Shown here: piece by piece, positions 10,482 to 18,551 of the stretch | Layout of the letters: the number at the start of each line of letters is the position of its first letter | How positions within the stretch are numbered: the stretch's first letter is position 1 | From: a virus | Length of the DNA: 64,000 bases | Reading direction: 5' to 3' (one strand) | Virus genome (UHGV): UHGV-0332176 | Position numbers and translations under genes: made by a program | The notes under the pieces: model-generated | The model's input: the letters and a program-made list of their open reading frames with translations, nothing else | The model's database searches: none | Told to the model about the DNA's origin: nothing

Positions 10482-10949
10482 TTATAATTTTGCTAATTCA
10501 TTTCGTTTATGTTGATATGCTTTTTCATAAATTTCTGCTAAAAATTTTGTTAAATCTGTTAATTCTTTTTTTGTCATTTTTTTACTATTTTCTATTGTTC
10601 CACTAACATCCCAAATAGTTAATGTCATATCATCATCTAAATATTTTTGTAATAAAGTATAATATTGTTGAGAATATTCTGGTTCATAATACAATCCATT
10701 AGTATATTTAACAGGTGTTGTAATTGCAAATTGAAACCAATCTTCAATTTCTTGAATTTTCTTATTTGTTTCTTCATCTAAATTAATATTTGTATATGGA
10801 TAACCATCTTCAGTTTCTTGAAGAATATAACCTTTACTCATATCTTCACAAATTTTCTTATGTTGTTCTTCAGTAATTTCAACAGCACCATCAGGAATAT
10901 ATGTATTAATTCCTTCAAAATAAAAACCTTTTTTATAAAATATTCTCAT
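10482..10949 (-). CDS. hypothetical protein
   Basis: ORF track; no recognisable motifs. Confidence 0.4.
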   Translation of the reverse strand: MRIFYKKGFYFEGINTYIPDGAVEITEEQHKKICEDMSKGYILQETEDGYPYTNINLDEETNKKIQEIEDWFQFAITTPVKYTNGLYYEPEYSQQYYTLLQKYLDDDMTLTIWDVSGTIENSKKMTKKELTDLTKFLAEIYEKAYQHKRNELAKL

Positions 10950-10950
10950 A

Positions 10951-13707
10951 TTAATAACCTTTCGCTATCCAATTAACTGGGTCTGTAATATTTGTATCAA
11001 TAGTAAAACCCGTTTTATCAAAAGTCAAAATTTTTACACCATTTGCCATTACATATAAAGTTTTATTTATAAATGCTTCTGGAAAAGTAATAACTCCTGA
11101 AACTGGTGTAGAAGTTCCCCATTGTTCAATAATTTTTGTTGCAAATTTATTTTCATCTTCTACCCAATTTTCAATTTTATTAGAATATAAAATACCACCA
11201 AAGCCACCACTTTGAGCAATTGTATTTAAATCTTGAGTTGGGTAATTATCATATAAATGCCATTCATTATTACTTATAAATGACCCAATTTTTGCATATT
11301 TTGTATAACCAGATGGTAATACAGGTATTTCTTTTGTATCTGTACCAATATCTACAATACTACCATCATCATTACCAATTACAAATACATTAAATTTAGT
11401 ATTACGTTTCATACTATTTGAAAAAGTTGCTACAATATCAATTTCATTTGCACCAACAGCAATACCATATGAATTTTTAATTGTAATACCAATTGTTTTA
11501 TCTATTTGTGGAGTTGGAATTTCTACGTGTGAATGACCATAATCTTCATTTAATGCAGTAAATGAAGCTACAACATTACTTGGTTCACGAACCCAAATAT
11601 CAATATCTTTTGAACGATTTTCTAAACCTGAACCTTGATTATAAAAATCAATTGCTGTAACTCTTAATGGATATATTGCAGTATAATACCAAGTTGCTGA
11701 TGTAACATCAGTTAACCAACCATTACCTGTTTGTTTTAATCCATCCATTGCTCTATAACCTTCACGGTCAGTTTGTGCAGATGAAGTTATAACAGTACCT
11801 AATGGTTGAGTATTACTTGTCATTACTGGTTGTAACCAAGTTTCTTGTTCATCTTCTAATGAACTACCATTATTATTTCCTGATGTAAAAGGTTTATTAG
11901 GATTCTTAGTAATAATAGAACTAATTTCTAATAAAACTGTACCTGTTGAATCCATAATTGAACCTGGTTGAATAATAATTGTATCATTAGCTTCAATTTG
12001 ATATTCAGGATATGGTTGAGATATTGTACCATAAGTAATTGATGAAGTAAAACCATTTTGTGTATTTCTTAATTTAATATCACCTGCTAAAGTTTTTGTA
12101 TCAACTAAATTAAAATCTGATGCATCTTCATTAACTTGTGGAATTTTACCAGCATTATTAGTAAATGTTGTTAAAGATTTAATATTTAAATCTTCTTTTA
12201 AAGTATCTTTAGTAATTAACTCATAACCACTTTCATCTTGTTTTACTCTTAAATATTCTAATGAATGTGATGTTGGTCTTGGTAATTCTGTATTTATTAA
12301 AGTCATATTACCAAAAATTGTTACTTCAACTCGTGCTCCGCTTTCAATATTATCAGTAAATGTAATAATTGTTCCTGTTGTATCAATATTATAATTATCA
12401 GATTGAATTAAAGTATTACCAATATTAATCATTAATGAATTTTTATCATTAACTGAAACTGGTAATGTAATAGTATTTGTTTCATTAACTATATCAAAGA
12501 AATAATTTAATTTATTATAACCTGCTAAGAGTTGCCATTTTGAATTATCAAAAGGTTCGGAAGCAATATTATCTTCAAGACAAATATACATTGCATTATC
12601 ATAAATACAAACATTTCCTTTTGCAAATGATAATCCGACTTGCCATTGTATAATATTAGCTCTTTCATCATATGTATGCAATACCATATTTCCCATAGAT
12701 AAAACTTCAATTATTACACCAGCTGGAATTGGTTTAATAAAAGTAATTGTTTTATGGTCAGGTTCTAATGTATAATTTTGAGATTGTTGTAAAATGCCCC
12801 CAGCATTAATAATTACAACTTCTTTATTAGGAATTTCATCGGTTAAAGTAATTGAAGTTGTTTCTTCAGTTGCATTATAAAAAAATTCTCTTGCTGCTGA
12901 AAAACCTGCTAAAATTTTCCATTTACTTTCATCAAATCCAACATCAGATGTATGGTCTTCAATACATTCAAATAATGCATTTTCATAAATAACAACCGTT
13001 CCTTGTGAATATTCAGTATTTGGTGTCCAGTCAACTAATGTTGCATCATTTGTACCAATAATTGTAAAATTAGGATAATCACCAGTAATAGCAATATTTT
13101 TACCAGGATTTAATGAAATAATTTGGTCAGGTTTAGTATTTGTAACAATATTATCACGAGAAATTGCAATACCATCACCAGCTGTATAACTATTATTACT
13201 TGCTGAAATTAACACATTGTTTGAATCAGGAGAATATTCAACAGTAATATTTTGATTACCTGGCTTAATATTTTGTTGAACTAAATATTTTGAACTATCA
13301 GGAAAATTAACTTTAAGAGAAACAGTATTATCAGTTTCACTAGGTGTTACTGTAATAGAATCATCAGTCGCTTTAATATCTTCTTTTGTTAAAAAATCTT
13401 CTACTGGATGGTCAGTTGTTGAAATTGTAACTTTATTAGTATCTGGGTCAGTAGTTACAGTAATATTTGCACCTGCAACAATATCTTCAGATTTCAAATT
13501 ATCTTTTGTTAAATCTTCAACATCTTCAGCTGTTAAGTGAATTGATTTATTATCAATGTGTTCTTGAACAGTTTTTTCTGTTTCAGTTGTTGTTCCAGTA
13601 ACATCTTCAACAATAGTTGCTAAAGTTTCTGGATTAATTTTTTGATAATCATCACCATTTTTAACAACTAATTCAGCAATTGTTTTATTATCTAAAATAC
13701 TAACCAT
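10951..13707 (-). CDS. large tail fibre protein (918 aa) with two CBM5/12-like modules, a discoidin-like region and the shared C-terminal end
   Basis: Two W.P...Y..G.V.Y.N..F.C.EDH.S...FD.SKW..LAG modules; region REGYRAMDG...WLTDV...WYY similar to 9289..10473; ends ...WIAKGY. Confidence 0.65.
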   Translation of the reverse strand: MVSILDNKTIAELVVKNGDDYQKINPETLATIVEDVTGTTTETEKTVQEHIDNKSIHLTAEDVEDLTKDNLKSEDIVAGANITVTTDPDTNKVTISTTDHPVEDFLTKEDIKATDDSITVTPSETDNTVSLKVNFPDSSKYLVQQNIKPGNQNITVEYSPDSNNVLISASNNSYTAGDGIAISRDNIVTNTKPDQIISLNPGKNIAITGDYPNFTIIGTNDATLVDWTPNTEYSQGTVVIYENALFECIEDHTSDVGFDESKWKILAGFSAAREFFYNATEETTSITLTDEIPNKEVVIINAGGILQQSQNYTLEPDHKTITFIKPIPAGVIIEVLSMGNMVLHTYDERANIIQWQVGLSFAKGNVCIYDNAMYICLEDNIASEPFDNSKWQLLAGYNKLNYFFDIVNETNTITLPVSVNDKNSLMINIGNTLIQSDNYNIDTTGTIITFTDNIESGARVEVTIFGNMTLINTELPRPTSHSLEYLRVKQDESGYELITKDTLKEDLNIKSLTTFTNNAGKIPQVNEDASDFNLVDTKTLAGDIKLRNTQNGFTSSITYGTISQPYPEYQIEANDTIIIQPGSIMDSTGTVLLEISSIITKNPNKPFTSGNNNGSSLEDEQETWLQPVMTSNTQPLGTVITSSAQTDREGYRAMDGLKQTGNGWLTDVTSATWYYTAIYPLRVTAIDFYNQGSGLENRSKDIDIWVREPSNVVASFTALNEDYGHSHVEIPTPQIDKTIGITIKNSYGIAVGANEIDIVATFSNSMKRNTKFNVFVIGNDDGSIVDIGTDTKEIPVLPSGYTKYAKIGSFISNNEWHLYDNYPTQDLNTIAQSGGFGGILYSNKIENWVEDENKFATKIIEQWGTSTPVSGVITFPEAFINKTLYVMANGVKILTFDKTGFTIDTNITDPVNWIAKGY

Positions 13708-13770
13708 TTAATAATTCCTCTTGTAAATCTATAAAAGTATTTATTCACAGTTTGAAGTATTAAAAAGGTT

Positions 13771-13795
13771 TGAAGTTATTTATTAAATAACTTCA
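13771..13795. promoter_or_regulatory. palindromic element tgaagttatttattaaataacttca in the divergent intergenic region
   Basis: Perfect inverted repeat with the same TATTTATTAAATA core; lies between divergent fibre genes 10951..13707 and 13821..14336; preceded by a direct repeat gtttgaagt x2. Confidence 0.45.
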
Positions 13796-13820
13796 AAGGA
13801 TAAAATTTAAGGATTTAATA

Positions 13821-14336
13821 ATGGCATTATATCTCGGAAGTAATGAAGTTTCTCAAAAAGTTTTATTATTAGGTGGAAATAAAAGTGATATAGAAGTTGG
13901 TGATTTATGTTATTCATTAAGAACAGAAAAAGAAGGATGGTTATTATGTGATGGAGCAAGTTATTCAACAACTGATTATCCTGACTTATTTGCTGTAATT
14001 GGTTATACTTTTGGTGGTTCAGAAAATAATTTTAACGTTCCAAATTATAAAGGTAAATTTCTTCAAATGATTAATGATAATCAAACAATAGGTCAAAATA
14101 TTGAAGCTGGTTTGCCTAATATTACAGGTAATTTTAGTGCATATAATAATGCTGGTATAGATACTGCTAATGGGTCATTTTATTTATCTAATGCACAACA
14201 TATAAACTATGCTGGTAGGTCAGAAAGAGATACATATCTTTGTAATTTTGATGTATCTCGTTCTTCTTCAATATATGGAAAATCAAATACAGTACAACCA
14301 CCTGCTTCTATTGTTAATTATTTTATCAAATATTAG
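13821..14336 (+). CDS. phage tail collar domain protein (paralog of 6035..6559)
   Basis: GDLCYSLRTEKEGWLLCDGASYSTTDYPDLFAVIGYTFGG nearly identical to 6035..6559; ends ...PPASIVNYFIKY. Confidence 0.7.
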   Translation: MALYLGSNEVSQKVLLLGGNKSDIEVGDLCYSLRTEKEGWLLCDGASYSTTDYPDLFAVIGYTFGGSENNFNVPNYKGKFLQMINDNQTIGQNIEAGLPNITGNFSAYNNAGIDTANGSFYLSNAQHINYAGRSERDTYLCNFDVSRSSSIYGKSNTVQPPASIVNYFIKY

Positions 14337-14426
14337 CGACAAATAACGATGACACACAATTTATTAGTAATTTCAATAACTTATTTCATTTTTCGGTTAT
14401 TAAACAAATAATAATGACATAAAAAC

Positions 14427-14452
14427 AAAGCTCCCAAATGGGAGCTTAACTT
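14427..14452 (+). terminator. rho-independent terminator-like hairpin aagctcccaaatgggagctt after 13821..14336
   Basis: 8-bp GC-containing stem with a 4-nt loop followed by T-rich sequence. Confidence 0.45.
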
Positions 14453-14519
14453 ATTTATGTATTATTTCAGTCGCAGTCATTTCTGTTGCAAGGATAACTG
14501 TTTCCCCACTAAACATAAA

Positions 14520-14660
14520 AGCATTCATCCGTTAGGATTAAGCAGCAATTACATTATAGTTATAGTTAACGTTTTCGTTAGCATTCATTTTATTTTGAAC
14601 CGATATTGGTGGTATCTCGCCAGGTACATTATAGCCATTTTCAATAATGTTCAAAATTCC
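14520..14660 (-). pseudogene. possible decayed DGR variable-repeat-like remnant (non-coding)
   Basis: On the minus strand ...aatgctaacgaaaacgttaactataactataatgtaattgctgcttaatcctaacgg; its 3' part matches the VR 3' end/IMH region of the DGR target (cttgctgctaatgctaaggg) at ~19/21 positions with one indel; Asn-codon rich; no intact ORF. Confidence 0.3.
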
Positions 14661-14864
14661 GTCCGCCCCTAATACATTGATTTTTCATAATATTTTCCTG
14701 GTGGAGCGGCTGGGAGTTAAACCCAGGTCACTATCATTTACTTTGGGATAATTTATCAGCACCATTCAAAATTATTTATAAATTATTTTATTTTAATTGT
14801 CAATAAAATAATTTAGGACATAAATACAGTTATAAGCAATTCACAAATTTAATAAAGGATTATA

Positions 14865-15668
14865 ATGATATATTATGTTTATCAAATAACAAATAAAATT
14901 AATAATAAAATTTACATTGGAAAAAGAAAATATAAAGGAGAAAATCCTTTATTAGATTCATATATGGGGTCAGGAAAATTAATTAAAGAAGCAATTAAAA
15001 AATATGGAAAAAATAATTTTCAAAAAAATATTATTCAAAGTTTTGATAATGAAAATGATGCTTTTAAATTAGAAAAAGAACTTGTAACAAAAGAATTCTG
15101 TAACAGAAAAGATACTTATAATATTCACGAAGGTGGTACAGGAAGTTTTTCTCACATTAATAATAAACCAATTGAAAAAAGAGAAAATATTATAGCTGTT
15201 AGAAAATTATTAAATTCAGGAGTAAAATTTGGTGGAAAAAAATATTTTACAGAAGAAACTTATCAAAAAATTAGTAATTTTAATAAAGAACGATGGAAAA
15301 CTTGGAAAGAAAAACCAGAATTAATGCCAGATTTTTATATAAAACCTCGTACAGAAAAATTTAAACAACATTTATCAGAAATTTTTAAAGGTCAAAATAA
15401 TCCTAATTTTGGTAAACATTGGTATATTCATAAAAAAGCTATTAATATTAATGAAAAGAAAATGTTTTTTGATAATGAAATACCACAAGGTTTTATTACA
15501 GTAAAAGAATGGAAAGATTTACATAAAAATAAGAAAAATAAAGCATATGGAAAACATTGGTATAATGATGGTAAACAAAATTATTTTTTATCCCCAGATG
15601 ATGAAAAAATTAAAATATTAAGTAAAGGGCGTATTGGTACTCTTTTTAAAAAAATTGAAAGTAATTAG
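14865..15668 (+). CDS. GIY-YIG homing endonuclease (Seg/I-TevI-like)
   Basis: N-terminal IYYVYQITN...KIYIGK (GIY...YIG motifs); C-terminal repeated NPNFGKHWY / AYGKHWYNDGK DNA-binding motifs typical of phage GIY-YIG endonucleases. Confidence 0.8.
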   Translation: MIYYVYQITNKINNKIYIGKRKYKGENPLLDSYMGSGKLIKEAIKKYGKNNFQKNIIQSFDNENDAFKLEKELVTKEFCNRKDTYNIHEGGTGSFSHINNKPIEKRENIIAVRKLLNSGVKFGGKKYFTEETYQKISNFNKERWKTWKEKPELMPDFYIKPRTEKFKQHLSEIFKGQNNPNFGKHWYIHKKAININEKKMFFDNEIPQGFITVKEWKDLHKNKKNKAYGKHWYNDGKQNYFLSPDDEKIKILSKGRIGTLFKKIESN

Positions 15669-15705
15669 AAAAAGATTTATATTAAATTTTAATGGTTCAA
15701 AGTTT

Positions 15706-15823
15706 ATTCGTTTTGCAAGCTGGTGGTAATTGGAATGATTCATCTAACTACGGAGTTGGTTCTCGTAATAGTAACAATTCTCGTGCTAATTTGAACGACA
15801 ATAACTCGGTGCGAGGGCTTGAT
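15706..15823 (+). repeat. DGR template repeat (TR)
   Basis: Ungapped match of ~115 nt to the reverse complement of 17400..17517; 19 differences, every one at a TR adenine (19 of 29 adenines, 0 of ~86 non-adenines); 11 AAY codons in the VR reading frame. Confidence 0.88.
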
Positions 15824-15948
15824 ATAATCTCTTTTTTGAGCATTAGCTGAATTTTGAACCTTGTCTTAATAGGCTAAACATCAAAATTGTAAAAATAATA
15901 TTAGTAAAAGAATTTGAAAATATTATTTTTCAATTAGAGTAAAAATAA

Positions 15949-17298
15949 ATGAAAAGAATTAATAATTTATGGGAAGAATTTACTTCACAAGAACATTGGT
16001 TTGAAGCAAGAAAAAGAGCTTTACGAGGTAAAGTTAAAAAATATTGTGTCAAAGCTATTATGAGAAAAGGTGACGAATATTTAGAAAAAATTCGTCAAGA
16101 TGTTATTAATGGTACTTTTGAATTTAAGGGTTATAAAGAACATACTATTTATGAACCTAAAGAACGTAAAATATTTGTAGCAAGAATTGAAGAAAGAATT
16201 TATCATTGGGCATCAATGATGATTACTGAAAGAATTTTTGAACCAACATTTATATTTGATAGCTATTGTTGCCGTAAAAATAAAGGACAACATAAATGTT
16301 CAGATAAATGCAAAGAAATTGTTAAACATAATAATTATTGTTTAAAATTAGATATTTCTAAATTTTATCCAAATATTAATCATAAAATATTAAAAGAGTG
16401 TTTAGCAAGAAAAATTAAAGATATAAGATTTCTCAATGCTTTATACGCAATTATTGATAGTCATAATAAGGATACTGGAAAAGGTATTCCAATTGGTAAT
16501 TATTCTTCTCAAATTTTTGGAAATATTTATATGACTAAATTAGATATGTTTGTTAAGCACACTTTAAAATGCAAACATTATTTAAGATATTGTGATGATT
16601 TTTGTTTATTTTCAAATGATAAAAAGTATTTAAATTGGTGCAAAGAAAAAATTATTGAATTTGTTACTAATGAATTAGATATGAAATTAAGCAAATGTGA
16701 TTTATTTAAAACTAAACAAGGTGTTGATTTTGTTGGATATAGACATTTTCCTCAATATACTTTAGTTAGAAAAAGAACTGCTAAAAAAGTTAAAAAGAGA
16801 ATGTTAAAAATTCAATATAAATTAAAAAATTATGAATTAACTCAAAAAGAATTATTTAGAATGAATGGGCAAGTTGCCAGCTCATATGGTTGGTGTAAAC
16901 ACGCTGATTCTTATAGATTTATGAAAAAATATAAAATTGAAGAATGTTTAAAGGAGATTATAATGAGATATGCAGAATTTAAAAACAAATTACATACAAA
17001 TAAAATGTTATCAATGAAAATTAATGATTTTATTAATAAAGAAATAACAATAACAGGTTGGGAATATTATAAAAAGAATGATAATAATGAAGATGATAAA
17101 AATAAAGAAGCAGTTAAAACTGTTAAAATACATTTAATATATAATGGTGAAGAAAAAATTATTATAACTAAAGCATCGGTTATTATCAGAGATTTAGAAG
17201 AAATTTCACAATTAGAAAAAGAAGAAAATACAAAGATATTTCCCTTTGATGCAACATTAAAGAAAGATACTAAACGAAATTATTTTTATTTTGAATAA
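15949..17298 (+). CDS. DGR-type reverse transcriptase
   Basis: RT motifs: TIYEPKERKIFVA (motif 1), LKLDISKFYPNI (motif A), GIPIGNYSSQIFGNIYM (DGR-specific IGxxxSQ in place of QGxxxSP), LRYCDDFCLF (YxDD), VDFVGYR; lies between TR and VR; extra ~110-aa C-terminal extension. Confidence 0.9.
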   Translation: MKRINNLWEEFTSQEHWFEARKRALRGKVKKYCVKAIMRKGDEYLEKIRQDVINGTFEFKGYKEHTIYEPKERKIFVARIEERIYHWASMMITERIFEPTFIFDSYCCRKNKGQHKCSDKCKEIVKHNNYCLKLDISKFYPNINHKILKECLARKIKDIRFLNALYAIIDSHNKDTGKGIPIGNYSSQIFGNIYMTKLDMFVKHTLKCKHYLRYCDDFCLFSNDKKYLNWCKEKIIEFVTNELDMKLSKCDLFKTKQGVDFVGYRHFPQYTLVRKRTAKKVKKRMLKIQYKLKNYELTQKELFRMNGQVASSYGWCKHADSYRFMKKYKIEECLKEIIMRYAEFKNKLHTNKMLSMKINDFINKEITITGWEYYKKNDNNEDDKNKEAVKTVKIHLIYNGEEKIIITKASVIIRDLEEISQLEKEENTKIFPFDATLKKDTKRNYFYFE

Positions 17299-17302
17299 AG
17301 AC

Positions 17303-17387
17303 GGGCATCGCAAGGCTGCCCTGTCGTTTGCTATATGACCGCACAAGGCGGTCTAAAAAGAAAAGGATTTGAGTTTTACTCAAATCC
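17303..17387. terminator. three consecutive GC-rich hairpins between the RT stop and the target gene stop (probable bidirectional terminator / DGR VR-proximal hairpins)
   Basis: gggcatcgcaaggctgccc; gaccgcacaaggcggtc; ggatttgag-ttttact-ctcaaatcc (target stop codon lies in the loop of the third hairpin); GC-rich relative to the AT-rich surroundings. Confidence 0.45.
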
Positions 17388-18455
17388 CTTAGCATTAGCA
17401 GCAAGCCCCCGCACCGAGCTACCGTCGCTCAAAGTAGCACGAGAAGCGTTACAATCACGAGAACCAACCCCGCAGATAGATGAACCATCCCAAGTACCAC
17501 CAGCCCGCAAAACGAAACCTTCACCGTAAAAAGAACCTTTACCCATATCAGTATTAATAACAGTCCAACCACTTCCACCAGATGCACCAGTTGAATTTAA
17601 ATATTGCCATAAAGCACCGCAACAATCTTCTATACCATAAACAGAAATCATTCTTCTACCAGCAGTATCTACGTGTCCACCAGTTGTTACTGGGTCAGCA
17701 GCACCAGAAATAGCAGTTCCTTGATTAGAACCAAATGCATATGCAGTAAATTCATTATCATTAGCTAAATGTTTACCAACTGAAAATAAATCTTCTACGT
17801 GATTTTGATAATAACGAGTATCAGTAATTGTTGCACCAAAAACTGATTTGGTATTTAATCCAGTTCCTGATTGTAAATAAATATCACACCATTTATCAAT
17901 TACATCAATATATGCCATTCCATCAACATCAGCAAATCGTGGACGAAATGAGATACAAGATATTGAATTTGGTAATATATCGCCAGCATTATATCCAGAT
18001 AATAAATGTCCAGAAATTGTTCCAACATTAGCACATACAGTATGGAATGAAGATAACCATTGAGTATTAGATGTTGTATATCCTGTTGGAGCATCTGAAT
18101 TTAATGAACAAATTAATTCTTTATCAGAAGTAATATAAATGTAATAAGTTTTTCCAGCTTGTAAAGATGTTCCAGTATCTAAAATAGAAACGGGATTAAT
18201 TTCTTTGGCTTCATAATTTTCATAATTAACTAATTCATTATTAAAAACTAAAGGTATATTACAAGGTTCAAGAATAATTGTTGTTTTATCAAAACAATTA
18301 GTTTTACCTTCTCTAAATAATTGAGTATAAGATTTACCTTTAATTGTATTATCTAATTCTTTAATATGAACAAAACGAAATGTAGGAGCAAATCCGCCTA
18401 ATAATGTTTGTAATCCATATATACGATTAATTTGAACTTTTGAAATATCTATCAT
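17376..18455 (-). CDS. DGR target (variable) protein with C-terminal C-type-lectin/FGE-like variable domain; probable receptor-binding protein
   Basis: Last 38 codons are the VR; C-terminus ...GEGFVLRAGGTWDGSSICGVGSRDCNASRATLSDGSSVRGL resembles the CLec-fold VR of Mtd-like DGR targets (GG.W..G...G); upstream region Gly/Thr-rich. Confidence 0.85.
   Translation of the reverse strand: MIDISKVQINRIYGLQTLLGGFAPTFRFVHIKELDNTIKGKSYTQLFREGKTNCFDKTTIILEPCNIPLVFNNELVNYENYEAKEINPVSILDTGTSLQAGKTYYIYITSDKELICSLNSDAPTGYTTSNTQWLSSFHTVCANVGTISGHLLSGYNAGDILPNSISCISFRPRFADVDGMAYIDVIDKWCDIYLQSGTGLNTKSVFGATITDTRYYQNHVEDLFSVGKHLANDNEFTAYAFGSNQGTAISGAADPVTTGGHVDTAGRRMISVYGIEDCCGALWQYLNSTGASGGSGWTVINTDMGKGSFYGEGFVLRAGGTWDGSSICGVGSRDCNASRATLSDGSSVRGLAANAKGFE
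17400..17517 (-). repeat. DGR variable repeat (VR) at the 3' end of the target gene
   Basis: See TR; relative to TR the codon changes are Q>R, N>T, N>D, D>G, N>I, Y>C, N>D, S>C, N>A, N>T, N>S, N>G, N>S, D>A plus 2 silent; homology ends abruptly 3' of gggcttg (IMH-like boundary). Confidence 0.88.
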
Positions 18456-18482
18456 TGTAATACCTTTTATTTATATTTAATA

Positions 18483-18522
18483 TTTATTAAATAAAAAACC
18501 CACCAATATTTTTAATTAGTGG
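18483..18522 (-). terminator. rho-independent terminator after 18552..18950
   Basis: Minus strand reads cccactaattaaaaatattggtggg followed by ttttt. Confidence 0.5.
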
Positions 18523-18551
18523 GTAATATTTGGAGATAATAACAATATATT

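Noticed and set aside
14457-14672. Plus-strand ORF of 71 aa in the non-coding region upstream of the GIY-YIG gene
   Set aside because: No RBS or start context, and implausible composition. It overlaps the VR-like remnant on the other strand.
14690-14765. tRNA-like sequence (cctgggtttaactcccag T-arm-like hairpin followed by ccgctccacca)
   Set aside because: No complementary 5' acceptor strand (ggagcgg) exists upstream and no anticodon arm can be drawn. It is probably just a hairpin in the non-coding region.
15800-17298. Group II intron hypothesis for the RT (a GUGCG-like gtgcgagg at ~15808 upstream of an RT ORF)
   Set aside because: No domain V/VI structure is present. The RT has the DGR-specific IGxxxSQ motif and lacks maturase/endonuclease domains. 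The gtgcg lies inside the TR, whose adenine-specific divergence from the VR explains the locus far better.
17335-17529. Plus-strand ORF of 64 aa (Pro/Ala/Arg-rich)
   Set aside because: It is antisense to the GC-rich VR and hairpin region. An open frame there is a by-product of the unusual base composition.
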